Source: Gammaproteobacteria bacterium
GTDB lineage: Bacteria > Pseudomonadota > Gammaproteobacteria > Eutrophobiales > Eutrophobiaceae
Reading direction: 5' to 3'
NCBI GenBank assembly: GCA_965238225.1
Contig: OZ250183.1
Location: 576,001 to 640,000, forward strand
DNA: 64,000 bases
The position numbers and the translations under genes were made by a program. The notes beneath the pieces were generated by a model. The model was not told the origin of the DNA and searched no databases. It worked only from the letters and a program-made list of their open reading frames with translations. Of the stretch, positions 29,739-39,333 are shown one piece after another; positions within the stretch are counted from its first letter, which is position 1, and each line of letters starts with the position of its first letter.

Positions 29739-30686
29739 ATGGGTAACAAACTAAATAATAAACTGGCGATAAATTTTTGTGGAATGAAGTTTAATTCACC
29801 ACAGGTACTCCTGTCTGGCTGCGTTGGTTTTGGTGAAGAATATACACGTGTGAATGGATTTTCCAATACTGATACGGGGGCTATTTGCTTAAAAGGCACA
29901 ACATTAGAACCACGCTTGGGTAATTTGCCACATCGGGTGATGGAAACCCCTATGGGTATGTTAAATTCGATTGGTTTGCAAAATCCAGGAACAGCTGTGG
30001 TGGTTGATGATTACTTGCCTAATCTGGATTTTGAAGAAACACGCTTTATTGCCAATCTATCAGGCTCTACGATTAAAGAGTATGAAGCGGTCACGCGATT
30101 GTTTGACGATTCACCGATAGATGCCATGGAGATAAATATTTCTTGCCCTAATGTCAAGGAAGGGGGCGCGGTCTTTGGCAATGATCCAGATATGTCGGCT
30201 CGTGTTATTGAAGCTTGTCGCCGTGCAACCAACAAACCAATCATTGCCAAATTATCACCAAATCAGACAGACATCGCTGAAAATGCACATCGTTGTATAG
30301 AAGCAGGCGCGGATGGATTGGCCGTCATCAATACACTTATGGGCATGGCGATTGATATTAAGAAACTTAAGCCAGTCACCGGCAGTAATCAGAGCGGGCT
30401 TTCAGGGCCAGCAATCAAACCTATTGCCTTACTTAAGGTGCATCAGGTCTATCAGGTCAGCAAGCATCATAATGTGCCGATTATAGGTCAAGGCGGAATA
30501 AGCTCAGCTAATGATGCTTTGGAATTTATTATCGCAGGTGCCGCCGCTGTTGGCATTGGTACAGCATTATTTTATGATCCACTGATATGCCCAAAGATTA
30601 ACCGAGGCATTGTGGATTATTTAGACGAACATAATATCAATAATGTTTCTGATTTGGTCGGAACATTCGAATTACATAATAACTAA
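29739..30686 (+). CDS. pyrD: Dihydroorotate dehydrogenase, class 1 (soluble)
   Basis: NSIGLQNPG, catalytic EINISCPNV, KLSPN, INTL, GLSGPAIKP; no N-terminal membrane domain. Confidence 0.93.
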   Translation: MGNKLNNKLAINFCGMKFNSPQVLLSGCVGFGEEYTRVNGFSNTDTGAICLKGTTLEPRLGNLPHRVMETPMGMLNSIGLQNPGTAVVVDDYLPNLDFEETRFIANLSGSTIKEYEAVTRLFDDSPIDAMEINISCPNVKEGGAVFGNDPDMSARVIEACRRATNKPIIAKLSPNQTDIAENAHRCIEAGADGLAVINTLMGMAIDIKKLKPVTGSNQSGLSGPAIKPIALLKVHQVYQVSKHHNVPIIGQGGISSANDALEFIIAGAAAVGIGTALFYDPLICPKINRGIVDYLDEHNINNVSDLVGTFELHNN

Positions 30687-30716
30687 ACTTACAATACTGT
30701 TGAGTGTTAATGCGTT

Positions 30717-31043
30717 CTAGTCAATTGCGCATAATAATCTTTTAAGAAATATTTTCATTTCTTTGGCTGCCTGAATATCACCTTTTTTTTCTGCCACCTC
30801 AATGCCATGTTGATATGCGACAATAGCCTCATTATTTTTTCCAGCATTGGCTAATGCTTTGCCGTAGAGCTTCCATGCAGCTGAATATTCAGGGTCATGT
30901 TGCAAAGCTACAGCCAGATGTTCAATAGCTTGTTTGTAATTTTTCGAATTTAAATATGCACTGCCTAAACTGAAGCGTATCAGAGTGTTATCTTGCCCTT
31001 GTTCCAGCATTGACTGAAGATTCGAAATTATTTTACTAGGCAT
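30717..31043 (-). CDS. Small tetratricopeptide-repeat protein
   Basis: RFSLG.AY, DP.YSAAWKLYGKAL, GD.QAAKEM.IFLKRL. Confidence 0.88.
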   Translation of the reverse strand: MPSKIISNLQSMLEQGQDNTLIRFSLGSAYLNSKNYKQAIEHLAVALQHDPEYSAAWKLYGKALANAGKNNEAIVAYQHGIEVAEKKGDIQAAKEMKIFLKRLLCAID

Positions 31044-31639
31044 TAATTACGTTTCCCAATAAATAATGCTTCATTTCGGCAACCAAATTCTGTATCACCT
31101 ATCAAGCCCTCTTCTCTATAAACCACGGTATCCAGATCTTTACACAAGTTTAATAATTCATTTTTGCCTAGTCGGTATATTTTATTTGTTGGGCCTGATT
31201 TTCGTATGTGTTCTTTAGTAAATGTTTGATAGAAGAGCAGTCCGTTTTTCCGAAGTGCTGTAATAATCTTAGGCACGATTTGTTGGTCAAGAAAATGACT
31301 AACGACAATTACATCGAAAGAGTATTCTTCTGGCGGATACCTGACTTCTGTGTTGATATCCAAATGCAAAGCGCTGGATATTGCTTGCAGTTTTTCAATG
31401 GCTGTGGACGATATATCCCAAGCATAGGCTTCCATATTATGTTGTGCTAGAAAAAGAACATTTGCACTAAGACCTGAGGCGAGGTCTAACGCTTTGCCTT
31501 GAGTTGGTAAGAGATGATGAAACTCTTGCAGAATATAAACGGGTTTTAATTCTTTTGTTTCACCATTTTGTTGTTTATGTCGGTAGATTTCATCCCATTT
31601 GCGAGATTCTTTATTGTTCTTTGCTCTAGGCATCGCCAT
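31043..31639 (-). CDS. Class I SAM-dependent methyltransferase (TehB-like), possibly degenerating
   Basis: ALDLASGLSAN, AWDIS, FDVIVVSHFL, GLLFYQTF. Confidence 0.82.
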   Translation of the reverse strand: MAMPRAKNNKESRKWDEIYRHKQQNGETKELKPVYILQEFHHLLPTQGKALDLASGLSANVLFLAQHNMEAYAWDISSTAIEKLQAISSALHLDINTEVRYPPEEYSFDVIVVSHFLDQQIVPKIITALRKNGLLFYQTFTKEHIRKSGPTNKIYRLGKNELLNLCKDLDTVVYREEGLIGDTEFGCRNEALFIGKRN

Positions 31640-33091
31640 TTATTTACGCCAGAAGGCCGGGGAAAATAACACTAGTAATGTAAATATCTCCAAACGCCCC
31701 ATGAGCATTGCACAGCAGAGTATCCATTTCGCGGTATCATTAATGTTGGCATAATTTGCGCTGACATCGCCGAGCCCCGGGCCAAGATTATTGATACATG
31801 CAGATATCGCGGAAAACGCTGTGACTATATCAAGACCGGTTATCATTAATAAAAGTTGTAAAAAAATGAATACAGCAATATATGCTGCAAAAAATCCCCA
31901 GACAGAATTGATGACTCTTTCATGGAGCGGTTTGTTATTTATTTTAATGATAAATATAGCGTGAGGATGAATCAGTCGTTTAATCTCACGAGTACCCTGT
32001 TTAAAGAGGAGTAATACTCGAATGACTTTTACACCGCCACAAGTAGACCCCGCACAAGCGCCAATAAAACTTGCAAAAAGCAATAGCACGGGCAGGAAAT
32101 TTGGCCAGTTTTGATATTGAGCTGTGGTGAACCCTGTGGTTGTCGTAATCGAGACACTTTGAAAGATTGCATCTACGATCATTGTCGACACGTCTGTATA
32201 ATCTGAAGTCAATGCCATGTAGATGCAGCAGATAAGACAGATTGCCCCCAAAATGCCAAGATATGCCTTGAACTCCGTATCCTGCCAATAGGACAGTATA
32301 TTATTATTGCGCCAAGCAAAAAAATGCAGGGAGAAATTAATTCCTGAAATCAGCATAAAAATGATGGCTATCATGTTAATCCATTTGTTGTTGAAGTAGC
32401 CTATACTTGCGTCATGCGTAGAGAATCCACCAATGGATACCGTTGAAAAGCTATGACTGATGGCATCAAAAAAAGGCATGCCAACCAACCAGTAACACAG
32501 ACAGCAAACAACGGTTAATCCAAGATAAATATACCAAAGCGCCTTTGCAGTTTCGGTTATTCTTGGCGTTAGTTTTGAATCTTTCATTGGCCCGGGTGTT
32601 TCAGCGCGGTATAACTGCATACCACCAATACCCAAAATGGGCAATATCGCAACAGCAAGAACGATAATACCCATACCACCCAACCATTGTAGTTCCTGTC
32701 GATAGAACAATATCGATTTTGGTAATTCATCAATGCCGGTGATGATGGTCGCGCCTGTTGTGGTTAAGCCTGATATGGATTCGAATACTGCATCGGTAAA
32801 ACTTAGATGTGGTGTTTCTAATAAGACAAATGGAATTGCGCCCGTAAAGCCGAGACCTGCCCAAAACAGCACAACAACGACATAGCCATCTCTGAGTTTT
32901 AATTCATTACGAATATTTCTGACTGGTAGCCAGAGGAATACACCAGTGGAGATGGTAAGAAAAAAAGCAATCAGGAAGCAATGTAAGCTATTATCATTAC
33001 TCCACCATGCAATGGTCATAGGGGGCAATAATGTCAGGCTAAACAGGCCAAGCAATATTCCCAGTATTCGTTGAACGATTGCATGTTGCAT
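31640..33091 (-). CDS. trkH: Trk potassium uptake membrane subunit
   Basis: FESISGLTTTGA, QWLGGMGIIV, GGFS, TTTGF, NNLGPGLG, GRLEIFT. Start at MQHAIV (33091). Confidence 0.97.
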   Translation of the reverse strand: MQHAIVQRILGILLGLFSLTLLPPMTIAWWSNDNSLHCFLIAFFLTISTGVFLWLPVRNIRNELKLRDGYVVVVLFWAGLGFTGAIPFVLLETPHLSFTDAVFESISGLTTTGATIITGIDELPKSILFYRQELQWLGGMGIIVLAVAILPILGIGGMQLYRAETPGPMKDSKLTPRITETAKALWYIYLGLTVVCCLCYWLVGMPFFDAISHSFSTVSIGGFSTHDASIGYFNNKWINMIAIIFMLISGINFSLHFFAWRNNNILSYWQDTEFKAYLGILGAICLICCIYMALTSDYTDVSTMIVDAIFQSVSITTTTGFTTAQYQNWPNFLPVLLLFASFIGACAGSTCGGVKVIRVLLLFKQGTREIKRLIHPHAIFIIKINNKPLHERVINSVWGFFAAYIAVFIFLQLLLMITGLDIVTAFSAISACINNLGPGLGDVSANYANINDTAKWILCCAMLMGRLEIFTLLVLFSPAFWRK

Positions 33092-33116
33092 TGTGTTTTT
33101 TCTAAGCAAAAGAAGT

Positions 33117-34490
33117 TTATAGAAAATTAATGCCAACCTGAAATAAACGTTCAATTCCAGGCATTTGTTTCTTGTCTGCCACCAATAATATGATATGGTC
33201 TTCGGCCTCTATGAGGGTATTATGATGGGCAAGGATAACCGTATCCCCTCGAACCAGCGCTCCAATACTTGTTCCTTGTGGCAAATCAACTTCTTCAATC
33301 ATGCGGCCAACAACTTTGGACGAATCCTTGTTGCCGTGCGCAATAGCCTCGATCGCTTCAGCTTCTCCTCTCCTTAAGGAATGGACAGCAACAACATCGC
33401 CTTTTCTGATGTGGGTCAGAAGTGTGCCAATCGTTTCCTGTTGTGGAGATATGGCAATATCGATGACATTATTTTGAATCAAACCGATATATTCAGTACG
33501 GCTGATGAGCGCTATTACTTTACGTGCGCCAAGGCGTTTGGATAGCATGGATGAAATAATATTTACTTCGTCCGTATTGGTTAACGCACAGAAGATATCT
33601 GTATCATCAATGTTTTCTTCTCTGAGCAATTCTTCATTCATCGTATCGCCACGCAAGACAATTGTATTTTTCAATTGTTCGGCGGCATGTTGTGCGCGTT
33701 CGACATCTATTTCTATAAGTTTGACCTGATAATGCTGCTCTAATTTCTTTGCCAATCGTATACCAATGTTCTCGCCGCCTGATAGAATAATGCGTTTCAC
33801 TTCTCTTTTTGTGCTACGCAGGCTATGAACTAGGGCGCGTACATGCACGGGTGTGCCGATAAAAAAAAGTTCATCATCGGGTTCAATGATGGTTTTCCCC
33901 TCTGGAATAATCGCCTTACCTTGACGAAACAAAATGGCAATGCGATAGTCATGTTCTGGTAAATATTTACCCACATCACCTGCCTGATGTCCGACCAGAG
34001 AGCCACTATATCCAGCTCGCACTGCAACCATTTGTGCCTTGCCATTAGCAAAATCCAGAACCTGCAATGCTCTTGGGTAGTTAATCAGACGTTCTATATG
34101 TTCGGTGACTAATTGTTCGGGGCTAATCAGCACATCGATGGGTAATGCTTCTTGAGCAAACAACGCTATTTTTGATAGGTATTCTGTATTTCTTACGCGT
34201 GCTATTTTTGTGGGAGTATGAAATAAAGTATAGGCTACCTGACAAGCGATCATGTTAATTTCATCGCTATTTGTCACAGCAAGTATCATATCTGCATCTT
34301 TGGCGCCTGCTTGTTCAAGCGTGGAAGGGTGGGATGCGCCCCCTACGATTGTCTGTAAATCATATCGTTCACTTAGGCTCGTTAGGTATTTTGGGTTTAT
34401 ATCAACGACGGTGATATCATTTGCTTCACCGACGAGATTTCTCGCTACTGAGCAACCAACTTGACCCGCACCCAGAATAATTATTTTCAT
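33117..34490 (-). CDS. trkA: Trk potassium uptake RCK subunit
   Basis: MKIIILGAGQVG, two RCK repeats, SLRRG.AEAIE. Confidence 0.97.
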   Translation of the reverse strand: MKIIILGAGQVGCSVARNLVGEANDITVVDINPKYLTSLSERYDLQTIVGGASHPSTLEQAGAKDADMILAVTNSDEINMIACQVAYTLFHTPTKIARVRNTEYLSKIALFAQEALPIDVLISPEQLVTEHIERLINYPRALQVLDFANGKAQMVAVRAGYSGSLVGHQAGDVGKYLPEHDYRIAILFRQGKAIIPEGKTIIEPDDELFFIGTPVHVRALVHSLRSTKREVKRIILSGGENIGIRLAKKLEQHYQVKLIEIDVERAQHAAEQLKNTIVLRGDTMNEELLREENIDDTDIFCALTNTDEVNIISSMLSKRLGARKVIALISRTEYIGLIQNNVIDIAISPQQETIGTLLTHIRKGDVVAVHSLRRGEAEAIEAIAHGNKDSSKVVGRMIEEVDLPQGTSIGALVRGDTVILAHHNTLIEAEDHIILLVADKKQMPGIERLFQVGINFL

Positions 34491-34618
34491 AATTTGTATT
34501 CTGCAGAATGAATCATTAATTTAGTCTTCATATTTTAATTCATATAAATGTCTGATGGCTCAGAAATACTCGTTACGTAAATTTTTGCACTTAACCAGAC
34601 TCGTCATAATCTTCCAAT

Positions 34619-35989
34619 CTATTTTGAACCTAGATTTTTAATTGCAATGCCGAGTGATTTTATCTTGCGATAGAGATGCGTTCTTTCCATACCGATTACT
34701 TCGGCTACTTTGCCGACATTGCCTCCATAAATAGTAAGTTTATGCAATAAGTATTCTTTTTCAAACAGTTCTCTTGCTGCGCGTAGTGGCATGTCAAAAT
34801 TAGCTATAAAATTCTGTTCATCAGCAAGTTCTGCCATCTTGTTTTGTGTTATATCCAGATCCCTTGTATTAATATTTTCTCCGCTGCCAAGAATAAGTAG
34901 TCTTTGTACCATATTCTTTAGTTCCCTGACATTGCCTGGCCATGAATAGCTTTGTAGCTGGTTTTGTGCTGCGATGGTGAAATGTCGATAGGTTAAACCT
35001 TCTTGTTCAGCAAAAAAACTAGTATAGAACTCAAGTAATTCCGGAATGTCTTCAGTATGCTCATATAATGGCGGTACATGGATAGGCAGGATATTTAATT
35101 GATAGTAAAGATCGTCTCGAAAGCGTCCAGCATTGACAAGTTTAAGGAGGTCATGACTGGTCGCAGCAATAATGCGTATATCAAAGGTTTTAGTTCGCGT
35201 GCTTCCAACGCGTGTGAAATATTTATTGTCCAGAGTATTCTGAAGTTTTGCTTGTAAAGAAAGATTCATATCCGCTATATCCTTGAGAAACAAGGTACCG
35301 CACTCTGCTTGTTCAAAAAAACCTTTTCTGTTTATATCGGCCTCCTCGCTGCCAAAAAATTCCATTAGAAAATTATCTGAGGATAAGGCTGATATTCCGA
35401 CGCTGATAAATGCTTCCTCAGATATGGAACTTTGATTGTGTAGATGGCGTGCAAAAAGTTCTTTGTCTGTGCCTGATTGTCCGGTAATTAATACAGGTGT
35501 AGTGTGATTGGCTATTTGTGAAATATGGGCTCTTAGATTTCTCATGATTTTGCTTTTGCCAATAGGCGTTTCTACACGTGTATTGTAGTTTCTAAGGCGA
35601 GTGTTTTCCCTTTGTAGAGATGTATTATCAAGAGCATGTTTTACTGTTAATACTAACTTGGCAAGTGAGAGTGGTTTTTCGATAAAGTCATAAGCGCCCA
35701 AACGAGTTGCTTCGACGGCAGTTTCAACTGTACCATGTCCGGTAATTATAATTACCGGCACATTCATTTGGTTTGATTTACGCCATTGTTTAAGCAAGGT
35801 GATGCCATCAATATTGGGCATCCAAATATCAAGTAAAATTAGATCAGGCTCAAATTCTTTGCGAATTTTATTAGCTTGATCCGCATCTTCTGCAACTACA
35901 ACTTCAAAGGTTTCGTCTTCAAGTATTTCCTTAATCAGATTTCTTATGTCTGGTTCATCATCTACTACTAGAATTTTGCTAGCCATCAT
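34619..35989 (-). CDS. ntrX: NtrX-like response regulator (REC - degenerate AAA+ - Fis HTH)
   Basis: LLDIWMP, GAYDFIEKP, FRDDLYY.LN, WPGNVREL.N, GMERTHLYRK; downstream of an NtrY-like kinase. Confidence 0.88.
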   Translation of the reverse strand: MMASKILVVDDEPDIRNLIKEILEDETFEVVVAEDADQANKIRKEFEPDLILLDIWMPNIDGITLLKQWRKSNQMNVPVIIITGHGTVETAVEATRLGAYDFIEKPLSLAKLVLTVKHALDNTSLQRENTRLRNYNTRVETPIGKSKIMRNLRAHISQIANHTTPVLITGQSGTDKELFARHLHNQSSISEEAFISVGISALSSDNFLMEFFGSEEADINRKGFFEQAECGTLFLKDIADMNLSLQAKLQNTLDNKYFTRVGSTRTKTFDIRIIAATSHDLLKLVNAGRFRDDLYYQLNILPIHVPPLYEHTEDIPELLEFYTSFFAEQEGLTYRHFTIAAQNQLQSYSWPGNVRELKNMVQRLLILGSGENINTRDLDITQNKMAELADEQNFIANFDMPLRAARELFEKEYLLHKLTIYGGNVGKVAEVIGMERTHLYRKIKSLGIAIKNLGSK

Positions 35990-38187
35990 AAACTCATTCC
36001 TGTTTTGTTCTTGGCGCTGTCATCTTGTGTTTGTATGACAGGCAATCTTATTATCGCACTTGCACCAAGTTTGTTACGATTATTTTCCATCCAGACAACG
36101 CCATTATGCTCTTCAATAATTTTCTTTACGATAGCAAGACCTAGCCCCGCGCCTTTTGTTTTAGTGGTCACATAAGGTTCAAAAATATACCCCATAATAT
36201 TTTTTTCGATACCAGGCCCAGAATCACTGATCAGAATTTCTACATACTCGGCGCCAGTTTTTTTAATGCGCTGAGTAGTAACACTTAATACCGAGTCTGT
36301 ATTATTTTTGCAAGCATCAAAAGCATTTCTTAATAGATTATTAAAAACTTGTCTGAGCTTATTCATGTCAGCATTAACCATGGGTAAACCAGATTCAAGA
36401 TTTAGTGAAACTCCAATTTTTTGATTGAGGCTTGCAAATAGATCAAGGACTTCACTCATTAAGATATTGATATCTACAGTTTGTGTGCTTATCTCGGATG
36501 GTCTTGCATAGTCTGAAAAGGCATTAACCATCTCCTGCATACTTTCCACCTGTTGTATTATGGTATTTGTCAGTCGATCAAGCACATCTATATCTGACTT
36601 ATTCATGCTATGAAGATATTTGTGGCGGAGTCTTTCAGCCGCAAGCTGAATTGGCGTTAATGGATTTTTAATTTCATGCGCAAGTCGTCGTGCCATTTCA
36701 CTCCATACAGCATCTTTCTGTCCTTGCATTAGGTCGGTTATGTCGTCGAAGACAATAATACAACCATCATTATCATCTTTAGTAACGGAATGTGGTGTAC
36801 CGCTACACATCAAAATTTGTCTCCCGCTATTTCCAAAAAGCGTGATTTGTTCGCGCCAATCCAGTTTTGTATTATCGTGGGAGAGGATGGTGTCTCGCAT
36901 GGGCTCAAGATGATGATAATCCAGACAAATTTTCTCCAGAGACTCGCCAGTCATCGCATTAGCGGGCATTCCTAAAATTTTCCCCGCACTAACATTAGAT
37001 GTACGTAATATCTTATTTCTATCAAACACCAATACGCCTGAAGAGAGCCTTCCAAGGACAGCTTCAAGATAAGCTTGTTGTGTTTCTGCTTCATGTCGAC
37101 TGTGACTCGCAGCCTCCCGCGCTTGCGCAATTCTTTGTGTCATTTCGTTAAAAGATCCCACCAGAAATCCAAGCTCATCGTTACTGGTTACTGGTATTTG
37201 GGCATGGTAATTACCCTTAGAAATTGCTTTGGTTCCTTCTACCATATCTCTTATAGGGGCAACGTGTCTTTTGGAAAAATAAATTGCAGCCCAGACTGTT
37301 GCAAAGAGACTGAATAAAAGAACCAGAGTCAAAACTAGAATAAAACTGAGTTTAAGTTGTTCCCGAAGATAAGAGAGCTCCTTGTATTTTATATATGAGG
37401 TTTGAATGCTGTTGGTCAGCATGTTTATTTTCTTTGAGGTAGGGTAGAGTGCTTGGATAATCCTTGAATTATCAGTTACGCTCACATCAGGCACATTTAC
37501 GACCACGCGGATATGTAAGCCTGTTGTAATTGTATTGTCGATTCCTGTGTAGCTGCTACCTTGTTGAAGTTGCAATAAAATAATATCACTTGGTCTGTTA
37601 GGTATAATGCTCGTCGTATCCTCTGAGCTTGAGGCGATAACCCTGCCTTTTCTATTTAAAAGCGTTATTTCCTTGGCATTTGTACGGGCACGCAGTTCAT
37701 CAATTTCGAAAGGCATTTCCGTATCCGATATTCCGGATATTTTTTCTGCTATTTGATTTGTCTGCTTTAATAGTTCTCGCATACGGGCATCGAGAGAAAG
37801 CCGGCTCAGTTCAAGCGAATCATCCAATGCCTGTTCAACACGGAGATCAAACCAGCTATCAATACCACGATGCAAAAGATCCAGAGAAAAAAGATAAACG
37901 ATCAATACAGGAGTGACAGACAGCGCGGTAAACATAGCAATCATACGTACGGTCATTCGTGTTCCTGGGATTTGACTGCGGTGTTGATGTATTAGGTGTT
38001 TTAAATTTAAGAATACGAGCGTCACTAACAAACAAAGACCCATGGTGGTAAAGATTAATAGACCCGAATATAAGCGACTGAACTGTGATGAATCCCTTAG
38101 GGCATCACTCATCATGAGCATCGATGCGAGCATGAAAATAAATAAAAAGAGCCCACCGCAGAGAATCAATGTATTGGTTTTTCTCAT
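35986..38187 (-). CDS. ntrY: NtrY-like sensor histidine kinase (TM-HAMP-PAS-HisKA-HATPase)
   Basis: MARRLAHEIKNPLTPIQLAAERL, DSGPG, FEPYVTTK.KG.GLGL. Start 38187 overlaps the upstream stop (TAATG); could be 38229. Confidence 0.9.
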   Translation of the reverse strand: MRKTNTLILCGGLFLFIFMLASMLMMSDALRDSSQFSRLYSGLLIFTTMGLCLLVTLVFLNLKHLIHQHRSQIPGTRMTVRMIAMFTALSVTPVLIVYLFSLDLLHRGIDSWFDLRVEQALDDSLELSRLSLDARMRELLKQTNQIAEKISGISDTEMPFEIDELRARTNAKEITLLNRKGRVIASSSEDTTSIIPNRPSDIILLQLQQGSSYTGIDNTITTGLHIRVVVNVPDVSVTDNSRIIQALYPTSKKINMLTNSIQTSYIKYKELSYLREQLKLSFILVLTLVLLFSLFATVWAAIYFSKRHVAPIRDMVEGTKAISKGNYHAQIPVTSNDELGFLVGSFNEMTQRIAQAREAASHSRHEAETQQAYLEAVLGRLSSGVLVFDRNKILRTSNVSAGKILGMPANAMTGESLEKICLDYHHLEPMRDTILSHDNTKLDWREQITLFGNSGRQILMCSGTPHSVTKDDNDGCIIVFDDITDLMQGQKDAVWSEMARRLAHEIKNPLTPIQLAAERLRHKYLHSMNKSDIDVLDRLTNTIIQQVESMQEMVNAFSDYARPSEISTQTVDINILMSEVLDLFASLNQKIGVSLNLESGLPMVNADMNKLRQVFNNLLRNAFDACKNNTDSVLSVTTQRIKKTGAEYVEILISDSGPGIEKNIMGYIFEPYVTTKTKGAGLGLAIVKKIIEEHNGVVWMENNRNKLGASAIIRLPVIQTQDDSAKNKTGMSL

Positions 38188-38762
38188 TATTTGATTGCCC
38201 ACTTGAACCATGGGCTTGATAGCTGCCAATCTGAGGAGACATAGGCTGATAGCCTTAATGGTGTTGGCAACGATTCTGTATTTAGGTTGGCACGTAGTAG
38301 CGCAGTATACATTTTACCCTGCTCTAGGACAGACAATTCTAAAAATGGATAATCGTTTATTGACCCTAGAAATTTGAGCGCATGATGAAAATTCTGAAAA
38401 TGACGTTTACTACCCGTATTCAGATTAGTCACGAGGTATTGTTCGTTGAGCGGGTGATATTCTAATCTTTGACTCAATATTTTTTTGCGAATACTTTTAT
38501 CCCATAGCCATTTTCTGGTTTGTTTGATTTGCATTTCTATATCAAGCTGTAATGCAACTCCGTGCTCAAGCGCTTTAAGGACTTCTTTGCTAAAACGAAA
38601 TTGTATATCAGCATTAAGCATATATTGAGTGCCCACTGAATTTAATTCTGCATTTTTAACAATAAACCCAAGTTTTGATTCTATAGGATTTAATTTTGCA
38701 TGGGGCGACAATGGCAGAAGGCATAGGCTTACTAGAGCAGAGCAGGCAATAAGCGTCTTCAA
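38187..38762 (-). CDS. DUF4390 domain exported protein
   Basis: Signal peptide, AL.HGV.L, L.YHPL..QY, LP.PLR..A; usual gene between rsmB and ntrY. Start probably TTG 38762, just after the rsmB-relic stop. Confidence 0.85.
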   Translation of the reverse strand: MKTLIACSALVSLCLLPLSPHAKLNPIESKLGFIVKNAELNSVGTQYMLNADIQFRFSKEVLKALEHGVALQLDIEMQIKQTRKWLWDKSIRKKILSQRLEYHPLNEQYLVTNLNTGSKRHFQNFHHALKFLGSINDYPFLELSVLEQGKMYTALLRANLNTESLPTPLRLSAYVSSDWQLSSPWFKWAIK

Positions 38763-38763
38763 C

Positions 38764-39190
38764 TTAGGTTTTTTGCAATTGAGTATAATAAAATCCATCC
38801 ATTGCGTTATCACTAGGCAGTATCTGTCGATCATACTCTATAACTATGTCCCCAGTTTGCCCGTGTTGGTATTGAATAAGCGTTCTTATGCTTATTGGTG
38901 AAAACAGCAATTTGTTTGTTATTTTCTGCTTTAAATGTTGAGTAAGCAATACATAATAACTTGCCGCTTTCCTTTAATAATAACCATAAGCAATAATAAT
39001 CTGCGTCTCTGTAACTGTAACATTTTGGGTATCTTTAAGCTGCCTGTAAATATTTAATATCAGAATGTCTATAAATAACACCATAAGTACTGCCACGGTA
39101 CATCAACTAAAATTTGGTTAAAGAGCCGTTTTGTTAATCATCTACAGAACGCGCATTATTTTGTATCAGCGTTACTAAGACTAGGTCTGG
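38764..39190 (-). pseudogene. rsmB: 16S rRNA m5C967 methyltransferase relic (3' part, multiple frameshifts)
   Basis: Collinear fragments FNQILVDVP / STYGVIYRHSDIKYL / LLKESGKLLCIAYSTFKAENNKQI / RQILPSDNAMDGFYYTQLQKT* correspond to RsmB FDRILLDAPCS / SATGVIRRHPDIKWL / LK.GG.LLYATCS...EN..QI / QILP....DGFYYA.L.K, at the canonical fmt-rsmB-DUF4390 position. Confidence 0.9.
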
Positions 39191-39333
39191 AAAAATTAAA
39201 CAGTGTTTTTACGAGCGACAAGATGTGTCGAGATGATACCGCTTAGATTCAAATTTAAAAGCTACGCCTTAGAATATCTTTGCTGGAATTTTAGATGCGA
39301 CTCAATGGAGATTTTATTTTTTTGTTCTAATTG

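Noticed and set aside
38764-38949. 61-aa ORF as a novel small protein
   Set aside because: It is the frameshifted C-terminus of the rsmB relic.
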